Positions 13,401 through 27,900 of a stretch of 64,000 nucleotides of DNA are shown here, piece after piece. The translations under genes and the position numbers were made by a program. Source of the DNA: Eledone cirrhosa (taxonomy: Eukaryota); NCBI GenBank assembly GCA_964016885.1, contig OZ024760.1, positions 32,426,001 through 32,490,000 of the forward strand. Direction: 5' to 3'. A model generated the notes under the pieces. It saw nothing but the letters and a program-made list of their open reading frames with translations. It was not told the origin of the DNA and did not search any database. How positions within the stretch are numbered: position 1 is the first letter of the stretch; each line of letters begins with the position of its first letter.

Positions 13401-16400
13401 AGCCTGATTGAGCTGAGCCAGTCTACCTCTGGTTGGCAGCTAATGGGAGCCTGATTGAGCTGAGCCAGACTACCTCTGGTTGGCAGCTAATGGAACACTG
13501 ATTCAGCTGAGCCAGCCTACCCCTGTTTGTCAGATATGGGACGCTGATTGAGCTGAGCCAGCTTACATCTGGTGTTGGCAGTTATGGGACCCTGATTGAG
13601 CTGAGCCAGCCTACCACTGGTTGGCAGCTAATGAGACCCTGATTGAGCTGAACCAGCCTACCTCTGGTGTTTTCAGTTAATGGGACCCTGATTGAGCTGA
13701 GACAGCCTACCTCTAGTGTTGGCAGCTAATGGGACCCTCATTGAGCTCAGCCAGACTATGTCTGGTGTTGGCAGCTAATTGGACTCTGATTGAGCTTAGT
13801 CAGACTACCTATGGTTGGCAGCAAATGGGACCCTGATTGAGCTGAGCCAGTCTACCACTGGTTGGCAGCTAATGGGACCCTGATTTAGCTGAGCCAGCCT
13901 ACCTCTTGTTGGCAGCTAATGGGACCCTGATTGAGCTGAGCCAGCCTACCTCTGTTTGGCAGCTTCTGGGACCCAGATTGAGCTGAGCCAGCCTACCTCT
14001 GGTTGGCAGCTTGTGGGACCGTGATTTAGCTGAGCCAGCCTACCTCTGGTTGGCAGATAATGGGACCCTGATTGAGCTCAGTCAGCCTACCTCTGTTTGG
14101 CAGTTATGGGTCCCTGATTCAGCTGAGACAGCCTACCTCTGGTGTTGGCAGTTATGGAACCCTGATTCAGCTGAGCCAGCCTACTTTTGGTTGGCAGCTA
14201 ATGGGACCCTGATTGAGCTGAGCCAGCCTACCTCTGTTGTTGGAAGCTAATGGGACCCTCATTGAGCTGAGCCAGACTATCTCTGGTGTTGGCAGCTAAT
14301 GGGACCCTGATTGAGCTTAATCAGACTACCTATGTTTGGCAGCTAATGGGACCCTGATTGACATGAGCCAGCCTAACTCTGGTGTTGGCAGCTAATGGGA
14401 CCCTGATTGAGCTGCGCCAGTCTACCTCTGGTTGGCAGCAAATGGGACCCTGATTGAGCTGAGCCAGCCTACCACTGGTTCGCAGCTAATGGGACCCTGA
14501 TTTAGCTGAGCCAGCCTACCTCTGGTTGGCAGCTAATGGGACCCTGATTGAGCTGAGCCAGCCTACTTCTGGTTGGGAGCTACTGGGACCCAGATTGAGC
14601 TGAGCCTGCCTACCTCAGGTATTGGCAGTTATGGGACCCTGATTCAGCTGTCCCAGCCTACCTTTGGTGTTGGCAGCTAATGAGACCCTGATTGAGCTGA
14701 GCTAGCCGACCTCTGATTGGAAGTTAATGGGATCCTGATTCAGCTGAGCCAGCCTACCTCTGGTTGGCAGCTTGTGGGACCCTGATTCAGCTGAGCCAGC
14801 CTACCTCTGGTTGGCAGCTAAAGGGACCCTGATTGAGCTCAGTCAGCCAACCTCTGCCTGGCAGTTATAGGTCCCTGATTCATCGGAGCCAGCCTACTTC
14901 TGGTTGGCAGCTAATGGGAGCCTGATTCAGCTGAGCCAGCCTCACTAAGGTGGGCACCTAATGGGACCCTGATTGAGCTGAGCCAGCCTACCTTTGTTGT
15001 TGGCAGCTAATGGGACCCTGATTCAGCTGAGCCAGCCTACCTCTGCTTGGCAGTTATGGGACCCTGATTGAGCTGAGCCAGCCTACCTCTTTTTGGTAGC
15101 TAATGGAACCCTGATTGAGCTGAGCCAGCCTACCTCTGGTAGGCAGCTAATGGGACCCTGATTGAGCTGAGCCAATCTACCTCTTGTTGGAAGATAATGG
15201 GACCCTGATTGAGCTGAGCCAGCCTACCTCTGGTGTTGGCAGCTAATGGGACCCTGATTCACCAGAGCCAGCCTACTTCTGGCTGTCAACTAATGGGAGC
15301 CTGATTGAGCTGAGCCAGCCTAACTCTGGTGTTGGCAGCTAATGGGACCCTGATTAAGCTGAGCCAGCCTACTTCTGGCTGGCAGCTAATGGGAGCCTGA
15401 TTGAGCTGTGCCAGCCTATCTCTGGTTGGCAGCTAATGGGAGCCTGATTGATCTGAGCCAGCCTACCTCTGGTGGGCAGCTAATGGGAGCCTGATTGAGC
15501 TGAGCCAGCCTACCTCTACTTGGCAGTTTTGGGTCCCTGATTGTGCTGAGCCAGACTACCTCTGGTAGGCAGCTAATGGGACCCTGATTGAGCTGAGCCA
15601 GCTTACCTCTGGTTGGCAGCTAATGGGAGCCGGATTGAGCTGAGCCAGCCTACCTCTACTTGGCAGTTTTGGGTCCCTGATTGTGCTGAGCCAGCCTACC
15701 TCTGGTAGGCAGCTAGTGGGACCCTGATTGAGCTGAGCCAGCCTACCTCTGGGTGGAAGATAATGGGACCCTGATTGAGCTGAGCCAGCCTGCCTCTGGT
15801 GTTGGCAGCTAATGGGACCCTGATTCACCAGAGCCAGCCTACTTCTGGCTGGCAGCTAATGGGAGCCTGATTGAGCTGTACCAGCCTAGCTCTGGTGTTG
15901 GCAGTTATGGGACCCTGATTGAGCTGAGCCAACGTACCTCTGGGTGGAAGCTAATGGGAGCCTGATTGAGCTGAGCCAGCCTACCTCTACTTGGCAGTTT
16001 TGGGTCCCTGATTGTGCTGAGCCAGCCTACCTCTGGTGTTGGCAGCTAATGCGACCCTGATTGAGCTGAGCCAGCCTACCTCTGGTTGGCAGCTAATGGG
16101 AGCCTGATTGATATGAGCCAGCCTACCTCTGTTGTTGGCAGCTAATGGCACACTGATTGAGCTGAGCCAGACTACTTCTGGTTGGCAGCTAATGGGAGCC
16201 TCATTGAGCTGAGCCAGCCTACCTCTACTTGGCAGTTTTGGGTCCCTGATTGTGTTGAGCCAGCCTACCTCTGGTGTTGGCAGTTATGCGAAGCTCATTG
16301 AGCTGAGCCAGCCTACCTCTGGTTGGCAGCTAATGGGTGCCTGATTCAGCTGAGTCAACTTACCTCTGGTGGGCAGCTAATGGCACCCTGATTGAGCTGA

Positions 16401-18760
16401 GCCAGACTACCTCTGGTTGGCAGCTAATGGAACACTGATTCAGCTGAGCCAGCCTACCCCTGTTTGTCAGATATGGGACGCTGATTGAGCTGAGCCAGCT
16501 TACATCTGGTGTTGGCAGTTATGGGACCCTGATTGAGCTGAGCCAGCCTACCTCTGGTTGGCAGCTAATGAGACCCTGATTGAGCTGAACCAGACTACCT
16601 CTGGTGTTCTCAGTTAATGGGACCCTGATTGAGCTGAGACAGCCTACCTCTAGTGTTGGCAGCTAATGGGACCCTCATTGAGCTCAGCCAGCCTATCTCT
16701 GGTGTTGGCAGCTAATTTGACTCTGATTGAGCTTAGTCAGACGACCTATGGTTGGCAGCAAATGGGAGCCTGATTGAGCTGAGCCAGCCTACCACTGGTT
16801 GGCAGCTAATGGGACCCTGATTTACCTGAGCCAGCCTACCTCTGGTTGGCAGCTAATGGGACCCTGATTGAGCTGAGCCAGCCTACCTCTGTCTTGCAGC
16901 TACTGGGACCCAGATTGAGCTGAGCCTGCCTACCTCAGGTGTTGGCAGTTATGGAACCCTGATTCAGCTCAGCCAGCCTACCTCTGGTCTTGGCAGCTAA
17001 TGAGACCCTGATTGAGATGAGCTAGCCGACCTCTGATTGGTCTTTAATGGGACACTGATTCACCTGAGCCAGCCTACCTCTGGTTGGCAGCTAATGGGAC
17101 CCTGATTAAGATGAGCCAGCCTACTTCTGGCTGGCAACTAATGCGAACCTGATTGAGCTGAGCCAGGTACCTCTGGTGGGCTGCTAATGGGACGCTGATT
17201 GAGCTGAGCCAGCATACCTCTGTTGTTGGCAGCTAATGGCACCCTGATTGAGCTGAGCCAGCCTACCTCTGGTTGGCAGCTAATGGGACCCTGATTCAGC
17301 TGAGCCAGCCTACCTCTGCTTGGCAGTTATGGGACCCTGATTGAGCTGAGCCAGCCTACCTCTTTTTGTTAGCTAATGTAACCCTGATTGAGCTGAGCCA
17401 GCCTACCTCTGGTAGGCAGCTAATGGGACACTGATTGAGATGAGCCAGCCTACCTCTGGTGTTGGCAGCTAATGGGACCCTGATTCACCAGAGCCAGCCT
17501 ACTTCTGGCTGGCAGCTAATGGGAGCCTGATTGAGTTGTGCCAGCCTACCTCTGGTGTTGGCAGTTATGGGACCCTGATTCAGCTGAGCCAGCCTACTTT
17601 TGGTTGGCAGGTAATGTTACCCTGATTGAGCTGAGCCAGCCTATCTCTGGTTGGCAACTAATGGGAGCCTGATTGAGCTGAGCCAGCCTACTTCTGGTAG
17701 GCAGCTAATGGGACCTTGATTGAGCTGAGCCAGCCTACCTCTGGGTGGAAGCTAATGGGACCCTGATTGAGCTGAGCCAGCCTACCTATGGTGTTGGCAG
17801 CTAATGGGACCCTGATTAAGCTGAGCCAGCCTACTTCTGGCTGGCAGCTAATGGGAGCCTGATTGAGCTGTGCCAGCCTACCTCTGGTTTTGGCTGCTAA
17901 TTCGACCCTGATTGAGCTGAGCCAGCCTACCTCTGGTTGGCAGCTAATAAGAGCCTGATTGATCTGAGCCAGCCTACCTCTGCTGGGCAGCTAATGAGAC
18001 CCTGATTGAGCTGAGCCAGCCTACCTCTGTTGTTGGCAGCTAATGGCACCCTGATTGAGCTGAGCCAGACTACTTCTGGTTGGCAGCTAATGGGAGCCTG
18101 ATTGATCTGAGCCAGCCTACCTCTTCTTGGCAGATTTGGGTCCCTGATTGTGCTGAGCCAGCCTACCTCTGGTGTTGGCAGTTATGCGAAGCTCATTGAG
18201 CTGAGCCAGCCTACCTCTGGTTGGCAGCTAATGAGAGCCTGATTGAGCTGAGCCAGACTACCTCTGGTTGGCAGCTAATGGAACACTGATTCAGCTGAGC
18301 CAGCCTAACCCTGTTTGTCAGAAATGGCACCCTGATTGATCTGAGACAGCCTACCTCTAGTGTTGGCAGCTAATGGGACCCTCATTGAGCTCAGCCAGCC
18401 TATCTCTGGTGTTGGCAGCCAATTGGACTCTGATTGAGCTTAGTCAGACTACCTATGGTTGGCAGCAAATGGGACCCTGATTGAGCTGAGCCAGCCTACC
18501 ACTGGTTGGCAGCTAATGGGACCCTGATTTAGCTGAGCCAGCCTACCTCTGGTTGGCAGCTAATGGGACCCTGATTGAGCTGAGCCAGCCTACCTCTGTT
18601 TGGCAGCTTCTGGGACCCAGATTGAGCTGAGCCAGCCTACCTCTGGTTGGCAGATAATGGGACCCTGATTGAGCTCAGTCAGCCTACCTCTATTTGGCAG
18701 TTATGGGTCCCTGATTCAGCTGAGCCAGCCTACTTATGGTTGGCACTAATGGGACCCTGA
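4490..18760. repeat. Two near-identical copies of a 7383-bp higher-order repeat
   Basis: Identical spurious ORFs at 6628/14011 and 8173/15556 (offset 7383), and marker gagcagagcc..accactgg at 4501/11884. The offset drops to 7098 after a 285-bp internal duplication (10150/10435) present only in copy 1. Confidence 0.92.
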
Positions 18761-20699
18761 TTGAGCTGCGCCAGTCTACCTCTGGTTGGCAGCAAATGGG
18801 ACCCTGATTGAGCAGAGCCAGCCTACCACTGGTTGGCAGCTAATGGGACCCTGATTTAGCTGAGCCAGCCTACCTCTGGTTGGCAGCTAATGGGACCCTG
18901 ATTGAGCTGAGCCAGCCTACCTCTGGTTGGCAGCTACCGGGACCCAGATTGAGCTGAGCCTGCCTACCTCAGGTGTTGGCAGTTATGGGACCCTGATTAA
19001 GCTGACCCAGCCTACCTCTGGTGTTGGCAGCTAATGAGACCCTGATTGAGCTGAGCTAGCCGACCTCTGATTGGCAGTTAATGGGATCCTGATTCAGCTG
19101 AGCCAGCCTACATCTGGTTGGCAGCTTGTGGGACCCTGATTCAGCTGAGCCAGCCTACCTCTGGTTGGCAGCTAAAGGGACCCTGATTGAGCTCAGTCAG
19201 TCAACCTCTGCCTGGCAGTTATAGGTCCCTGATTCATCGGAGCCAGCCTACTTGTGGTTGGCAGGTAATGGGAGCCTGATTCAGCTGAGCCAGCCTACCT
19301 CTGTTGTTGGCAGCTAATGGCACCCTGATTGAGCTGAGCCAGATTATCTCTGCTTGGCAGCTAATGTGACCCTTATTGAGCTGAGCCAGCCTACCTCTGG
19401 TTGGCAGCTAATGGAACACTGATTCAGCTGAGCCAGCCTACCCCTGTTTGTCAGATATGGGACGCTGATTGAGCTGAGCCAGCCTATAACTGGTGTTGGC
19501 AGTTATGGGATCCTGATTGAGCTGAGCCAACCTACCTCTGGTGTTGGAAGCTAATGGAACCCTGATTGAGCTGAGCCAGCCTACCTCTGGTTGGCAGCTA
19601 ATGGGACCCTGATTCAGCTGAGCCAGCCTACCTCTGCTTGGCAGTTATGGCACGCTGATTCAGCTGAGCCAACCTCCATCTGGTGTTGGCAGTTATGGGA
19701 ACATGATTGCTCTGAGCCAGCCTACCTCTGGTTGGCAGCTAATGGGTTCCTGATTGAGCTGAGTCACCCTAACTTTGGTTGGCAGCTAATGGGACCCTGA
19801 TTGAGCTGAGCCAGTCCACATCTGGTTGGCAGCTAATGGGTCCCTGATTGAGCTGAGCCAGCCTACGTCTGGTTGGCATCTAATGGGACCCTGATTGAGC
19901 TGAGCCAGCTTACCTCTGGTTATCAGCTAATGGGACCCTGATTCAGCTGAGCCAGCCTACCTCTGGTTGGCAGCTAATGGGAACCTGATTGAGCTGAGCC
20001 AGCCTACTTCTGGTTGGCAGCTAATGGGTCACTGATTGAGCTGAGCCAGCTTACCTCTGGTTGTCAGCTAATGGGACCCTGATTCAGCTGAGCCAGCCTA
20101 CCTCTGTTTGGCAGCTAATGGGATCCAGATTGAACTGAGCCAGCCTACCTCAGAAGTTGGCATTTATGGGACCCTTATTCAGCTGAAGCAGCCTAACTCT
20201 GATTTTGGCAGCTAATGTGACGCTGATTCAGCTGAGCTAGCCCACCTCTGGTTGGCAGATAATGGGACCCTGATTCAGCTGAGCCAGCCTACCTCTGGTT
20301 TGCAGCTAATGGGACCCTGATTCAGCTGAGCCAGCCTATCTCTGGTTGGCATCTAATGGGACCCTGATTCAGCTGAGCCAGCCTGCCTCTGCTTAGCAGT
20401 TTTGGGTCCTTGATTGAGCTGAGCCAGCCTACCTCTGGTGTTGGCAGTTATGGGACCCTGATTCAGCAGAGCCAGACTACTTCTGGTTGGCAGCTAATGG
20501 GACACTGATTGAGTTGAGCCAGCCTACCTCTAGAGTTGGCAGCTAATGGGAACCTGATTGAGCTGAGCCAGCCTACCTCTGGTGTTGGCAGCTAATGGGA
20601 CCCTGATTGAGCTGAGCCAGCCTACCTCTGGTGTTGGCAGTTATGGGACCCTGATTCAGCTGAGCCAGCCTACCTCTGCTGTTGGCAGCTAATGGGACC

Positions 20700-23600
20700 C
20701 TGATTAAGCTGAGCCAGCCTAGCTCTGCTTGGCAGCTATGGGTCCCTGATTGAGCGGAGCTAGACTACCTCTGGTGTTGGCAGCTAATGGGACCCTGATT
20801 AAACTGAGCCAACGTACCTCTGGTTGGCAACTAATGGGACCCTGATTTAGCTGAGCCAGCCTACCTTTGGTGTCGGCAGCTAATGGAACCCTGATTGAGC
20901 TGAGCCAGCCTACCTCTTTTTGGTAGCTAATGGAACCCTGATTCAGCTGAGCCAGCCTACCTCTGGTTGGCTGCTAATGGGACCCTGATTCAGCTGAGCC
21001 AGCCTACCTCTGCTTGGCAGTTATGGGACGCTGATTCAGCTGAGCCAAACTACATCTGGTTGGCGGCTAATGGGACCCTGATGCAGCTGAGCCAGCCTAC
21101 CTCTGGTTGGCAGCTAATGGGAACCTGATTGAGCTGAGTCAGCCTAGTTTTCGTTGGCAGTTAATGGGACCCTGATTGAGCAGAGCCAGCCTACCACTGG
21201 TTGGCAGCTAATGGGACCCTGATTTAGCTGAGCCAGCCTACCTCTGGTTGGCTGCTAATGGGACCCTGATTCAGCTGAGCCAGCCTACCTCCGCTTGGCA
21301 GTTATGGGACGCTGATTCAGCTGAGCCAAACTACATCTGGTTGGCGGCTAATGGGACCCTGATGCAGCTGAGCCAGCCTAGTTTTCGTTGGCAGTTAATG
21401 GGACCCTGATTGTGCAGAGCCAGGCTACCACTGGTTGGCAGCTAATGGGACCCTGATTTAGCTGAGCCAGCCTACCTCTGGTTGGCAGCTTATTGGAGCC
21501 TGATTGAGCTGAGCCAGCTACCTCTGGTTGGCCGCTAATGGGACCCAGATTGACCTGAGCCAGCCTACCTCAGGTGTTGGCAGTTATGGGACTCTGATTC
21601 AGGTGAGCCACCCTACCTCTGGTTGTTGGCAGCTAATGGGATGCTGATTCAGCTGAGCTAGCCGACCTCTGGTTGGCAGCTAATGGGACCCTGATTCAGC
21701 TGAGCCAGCTTACCTCTGCTTGACAGTTATGGGTCCTTGATTGAGCTGAGGCAGCCTACCTCTGGTGTTGGCAGTTATGGAAACCTGATTCAGCAGAGCC
21801 TGACTACTTCTGAGGGGCAGCTAATGGGACACTGATTGAGCGGAGCCAGCCTACCTCTAGAGATAGTAGGTAATGGGAACCTGATTGATCTGAGCCAGCC
21901 GACCTCTGGTGTTGGCAGCAAATGGGACCCTGATTGAGCTCAGCAAGCTTAATTCTGGTGTTGGCAGCTAATGGGACCCGATTGAGCTGAGCCAACGTAC
22001 CTCTGGTGTTGGCAGCTAATGGGACCCTGATTGAACTGAGCCAGCCTACCTCTTGTTAGCAGCTAATTGGACCCTGTTTGAGCTGAGACAGCCTACCTCT
22101 GGTTGGCAGCTAATGGGACCCAGATTGAACTGAGTCAGCCTACCTCAGAAGTTGGCATTTATGGGACCCTGATTCTGCTGAACCAGCCTAAATCTGGCTA
22201 GCTGAGCTAGTCGACCTCTGGTTGGCAGCTAATGGGACCCTGATTCAGCTGAGCCAGCCTACCTCTGCTTGGCAGTTATGGGTCATTGATTGAGCTGAGC
22301 CAGCCTACCTCTTGTGTTGGCAGTTATGGGTCCCTAATTGAGCTGAGCCAGCCTACCTCTGGTGTTGGCAGTTATGGAACCCTAATTCAGCTGAGCCAGC
22401 CAACCTCTGGTGTTGGCAGTTATGGGAAGCTGATTGAGCTGAGCCAGCCTAACACTGGTGTTGGAAGCTAATGGGACCCTGATTGAGCTGAGCCAGCCTA
22501 CCTCTATTTGGCAGATAATGGGACCCTGATTGAGCTGAGCCAGCCTACCTCTGGTGTTGGAAACTAAGGGGACCCTGATCGAGCTGAGCCAGCCTACCTC
22601 TGGTTGGCAGCTAATGAGATCCTGATTGAGCTGAGCCAGCCTACCTCTGGTTCGCAGTTTTGGGACCCTGATTGAGCTGAGCCAGCCTACCTCTGGTGTT
22701 GACAGCTAATGGGACCCTGATTGAGCTGAGCCAACGTACCTCGGGTTGGCAACTAATGTGACCCTGATTGAGCTGAACCAGCCTACCCCTGGTGTTGGCA
22801 GCTAATGGGACCCAGATTGAGCTGAGCAAGCTCACTTATGGTGTGGGCAGCTAATGGGATCCCGATTGAGCTGAGCCAACCTACCTCCTGTTGGCAAATA
22901 ATGGGACCCTGATTGAGTTGAGCCAGCCTACCTCTGGTGTTGGCAGTTTATGTGACCCGGATTGAACTCTAGCGCAGCCTACCTCTGGTGTTGGCAGTTA
23001 TGGGACCCTGATTGAGCTGAGCCAGCCTAACTCTGCTTGGCAGCTATGGGTCCCTGATTGAGCTGAGCTAGACTACCTCTGGTGTTGGCAGCTAATGGGA
23101 CCCTGATTAAACTGAGCCAACGTACCTCTGGTTGGCAACTAATGGGACCCTGATTTAGCTGAGCCAGCCTACCCTTGGTGTCGGCAGCTAATGGAACCCT
23201 GATTGAGCTGAGCCAGCCTACCTCTGGTGTTGGCAGCTAATGGGACCCTGATTGAGCTGAGCCAGCCTACCTCTTTTTGGTAGCTAATGGAACCCTGATT
23301 CAGCTGAGCCAGCCTACCTCTGGTTGGCTGCTAATGGGACCCTGATTCAGCTGAGCCAGCCTACCTCCGCTTGGCAGTTATGGGACGCTGATTCAGCTGA
23401 GCCAAACTACATCTGGTTGGCGGCTAATGGGACCCTGATGCAGCTGAGCCAGCCTACCTCTGGTTGGCAGCTAATGGGAACCTGATTGAGCTGAGCCAGC
23501 CTAGTTTTCGTTGGCAGTTAATGGGACCCGGATTGAGCAGAGCCAGCCTACCACTGGATGGCAGCTAATGGGACCCTGATTTAGCTGAGCCAGCCTACCT

Positions 23601-24900
23601 CTGGTTGGCAGCTAATGGGAGCCTGATTGAGCTGAGCCAGCTACCTCTGGTTGGCCGCTAATGGGACCCAGATTGACCTGAGCCAGCCTACCTCAGGTGT
23701 TGGCAGTTATGGGACCCTGATTCAGGTGAACCACCCTACCTCTGGTTGTTGGCAGCTAATGGGATGCTGATTCAGCTGAGCTAGCCGACCTCTGGTTGGC
23801 AGCTAATGGGACCCTGATTCAGCTGAGCCAGCCTACCTCTAGTTGGCATCTAATGGGACCCTGATTCAGCTGAGCCAGCTTACCTCTGCTTGACAGTTAT
23901 GGGTCCTTGATTGAGCTGAGGCAGCCTACCTCTGGTGTTGGCAGTTATGGAACCCTGATTCAGCAGAGCCTGACTACTTCTGAGGGGCAGCTAATGGGAC
24001 ACTGATTGAGCGGAGCCAGCCTACCTCTAGAGATAGCAGGTAATGGGAACCTGATTGAGCTGAGCCAGCCGACCTCTGGTGTTGGCTGCAAATGGGACCC
24101 TGATTGAGCTCAGCAAGCTTAATTCTGGTGTTGGCAGCTAATGGGACGCGATTGAGCTGAGCCAACGTACCTCTGGGTTTGGCAGCTAATGGGACCCTGA
24201 TTGAACTGAGCCAGCCTACCTCTTGTTAGCAGCTAATTGGACCCTGTTTGAGCTGAGACAGCCTACCTCTGGTTGGCAGCTAATGGGACCCAGATTGAAC
24301 TGAGTCAGCCTACCTCAGAAGTTGGCATTTATGGGACCCTGATTCAGCTGAACCAGCCTAAATCTGGCTAGCTGAGCTAGCCGACCTCTGGTTAGCAGCT
24401 AATGGGACCCTGATTCAGCTGAGCCAGCCTACCTCTATCTGGCAGAAGATGGGACCCTGATTGAGCTGAGCCAGCCTACCTCTGGTTGGCAGCTAATGAG
24501 ACCCTGATTGAGCTGAGCCAGCCTACCTCTGGTTGGCAGTTTTGGGACCCTGATTGAGCTGAGCCAGCCTACCTCTGGTGTTGACAGCTAATGGGACCCT
24601 GATTGAGCTGAGCCAACGTACCTTGGGTTGGCAACTAATGTGACCCTGATTGAGCTGAACCAGCCTACCCCTGGTGTTGGCAGCTAATGGGACCCAGATT
24701 GAGCTGAGCAAGCTCACTTATGGTATGGGCAGCTAATGGGATCCCGATTGAGCTGAGCCAACCTACCTCTGGTTGGCAACTAATGGGACCCTGATTGAGT
24801 TGAGCAAGCCTACCTCTGGTGTTGGCAGTTTATGTGACCCCAATTGAACTCTAGCGCAGCCTACCTCTGGTGTTGGCAGTTATGGGACCCTGATTGAGCT
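20700..24900. repeat. Tandem higher-order duplication of about 1.9-2.3 kb in the satellite
   Basis: Diagnostic variants (cttctgaggggcag, cagcaagcttaattc, gaactctagcgcag) occur twice. Offsets are 2308, 2170 and 1882 owing to monomer indels. Confidence 0.88.
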
Positions 24901-27900
24901 GAGCCAGCCTAACTCTGGAGTTGGCAGCTAATGGGAACCTGATTGAGCTGAGCCAGCCTACTTTTGGTTAGAAGCTAATTGGACCCTGATTGATCTGTGC
25001 CAGCCTACCTCTGGTTGGCAGCTAATGGGACACTTATTCAGCTGAGCCAGCCTACCTCTGCTTGGCAGTTATGGGTCCCTGATTGAGCTGAGCCAGCCTA
25101 CCTTTGGTGTTGGCAGTTATGAGACCCTGAGTCAGCTGAGCCAGCCTACTTATGGTTGGTAGCTAATGGGACCCTGATTGAGCTGAGCCAGCCTACTTCT
25201 GGTTGGCAACTAATGGGACCCTGATTGAGCTGATCCAGCCTACCTCTGGTGTTGGCAGCTAATGGGACCCTGATTCAGCTGAGCCAGCCTACTTCTGGCT
25301 GGCAGCTAATGGGAGCCTGATTGAGCTCTCCAGCCTACTTCTGGTTAGCAGCTAATTGGATTCTGATTTAGCTGAGCCAGCCTACTTCTATTTGGCAGCT
25401 AATGGGACCCTGATTGAGCTGAGCCAGCCTACCACTGGTTGGCAGCTAATGGGACCCTGATTGAGCTGAGCCAGCCTACCACTGGTTGTCAGCTAATGGG
25501 ACCCTGATTGAGCTGAGCCAGCCTACCACTGGTTGTCAGCTAATGGGACCCTGATTGAGCTTAGCCAGCCTACTTCTGGTTGGCAGCTAATGGGACCCTG
25601 ATTGAGCTGAGCCAGTCTACTTCTGATTGGCAGCTAATGGGACCCTGATTGAGCCGAGACAGCCTACCTCTGGTTGGCAGCTAATGGGACCCTGATTGAG
25701 CTGAGCCAGTCTACCTCTGGTGGGCAGCTAATGGGACCCTGATTCAGCTGAGCCCGCCTACTTCTGGTTGGCAGCTAATGGGACCCAGATTGATCTGAGC
25801 CAGCCTACTTCAGGTATTGGCAGTTATGTGTCCCTGATTCAACTGAACCAGCCTACCTCTGGTGTTGGCAGCTAATGGGACCCTGATTTAGCTGAGCTAG
25901 CTGACCTCTGGTTGGCAGCTAATGGGACCCTGATTCAGCTGAGCCAGCCCACCTCTGGTTGGCAGCTAATGGGACCCTGATTCAGCTGAGCCAGCCTACT
26001 TCTGCTTGGCAGTTATGGGTCCTTGATTGAGCTGAGTCAGCCTACCTCTAGTTAGCAGCTAATTGAATCCTGATTGAGCTGAGCCAGCCTACCTCTGTGT
26101 GGCAGCTAATGGGAAACTGATTCATCTGAACCAGCCTACCTCTGGTTGGCAGTTATGGGTCCCTGATTGAGCTGAGCCAGCTTACATCTTGTTGGTAGCT
26201 AATGGGACCCTGATTGAGCTGAGCCAGCCTACTTCTGGTTGGCAGCTAATGGGACCCTGATTGAGCTGAGCCAGTCTACCTCTGGTTGGAAGCTAATGGG
26301 ACCCTGATTGAGCTGAGCCAGCCTACCTCTGGTTGGCAGCGAATGAGACCCTCATTGAGCTGAGCCAGCCTACCTCTGGTGTTGCAGCTAATGGGACCCT
26401 GATTGATCTGAGCCAGCCTACCTCTGGTGTTGGCAGCTAATGGGACCCTGATTGAGCTGAGCCAGCCTACCTCTGGTGTTGGCAGCTAATGGGACCCTGA
26501 TTGAGCTGAGCCAGGCTACCTCTGGTGTTGGCAGCTAATGGGACGCTGATTCAGCTGAGCCAGCCTTCCTTTGTTTGGCAGCTAATAGGACCCTGATTGA
26601 GCTGAACCAGCCTACCTCTGGTGCTGGCAGTTATGGTACCTTGATTCAGCAGAGCCACCCCACTTTTGTTTTGCAGCTAATGGGACGCTGATTGAGCGGA
26701 GCCAACCTACCTCTGTTTGGCAATTATGATACCCTGATTGAGCTGAGCAAGCCTACCTCTGGTGTTGGCAGCTAATGGAACTCCAATTGAGCTGAACCAA
26801 CCTACCTCTGGTGTTGGCAGCTAATGGGACCCGGATTGAGCTGAGCCACCCTACCTCTACTGTTGGCAGGTAATGGCACCGTGATTGAGCTGAGTCAGCC
26901 TACCTCTGTTGTTGGCATCTAATGGGACCCTGATTCAGCTGAGCCAGCCTACCTCTAGTGTTGGCAGCTAATGTGTCCCTGATTGAGCTGATCCAGGCTA
27001 CCTCTGGTGTTGGCAGCTAATGGGACCCTGATTGAACTGAGCCAGCCTACCTCTAGTGTTGGCAGTTAATGGGAGCCTGATTGAGCTGAGCCAGCCTACC
27101 TCTTGTGTTGGCAGCTAATGGGACCCTGATTGAGCTTGGCCTGCCTACCCCTATGTTGGCAGATATGGGAACCTGATTGAGCTGAGTCAGCCTACCTCTG
27201 GTGTTGGCAGTTATTGGACCCTGATTCAGCAGAGCCAACCTAATTTTGGTTGGCAGCTAATGGGACACTGATTGAGCGGAGCAAGCCTACCTCTGCTTGG
27301 CAGTTATGGGACCCTGATTGATCTAAGCAAGCCTATATCTGGTGTTGGCAGCTAATGGGACCCCGATTGAGCTGAGCCAACCTACATCTGGTTGGCAACA
27401 AATGGGACCCTGATTGAGCTGAGCCAGCCTACCTCTGGTTGGCAGCTAATGGGACCCTGATTGAGCTGAGCCAGCCTACCTCTGGTTGGCAGCTAATGGG
27501 ACTCTGATTGAGCTGAGCCAGCCTACCTCTGGTTGGCAGCTAATGGGACCCTGATTGAGCTGAGCCAGCCTACCTCTGGTTGGCAGCTAATGGGACCCTG
27601 ATTGAGCTGAGCCAGCCTACCTCTGGTTGGCAGCTAATGGGACCCTGATTGAGCTGAGCCAGCCTACCTCTGGTTGGCAGCTAATGGGACCCTGATTGAG
27701 CTGAGCCAGCCTACCTCTGGTTGGCAGCTAATGGGACCCTGATTGAGCTGAGCCAGCCTACCTCTGGTTGGCAGCTAATGGGACCCTGATTGATCTGAGC
27801 CAGCCTACCTCTGGTGTTGCAACAAATGGGACCCTGATTGAGGTGAGCCAGCCTACATCTGGTGTTCGCAGTTATGGGACCCTGATTGAGCTGAGCCACC

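Noticed and set aside
13-27899. Short ORFs within the 47-bp satellite
   Set aside because: The monomer length is not a multiple of 3. The ORFs are chance stop-free runs and recur only because of HOR duplication.
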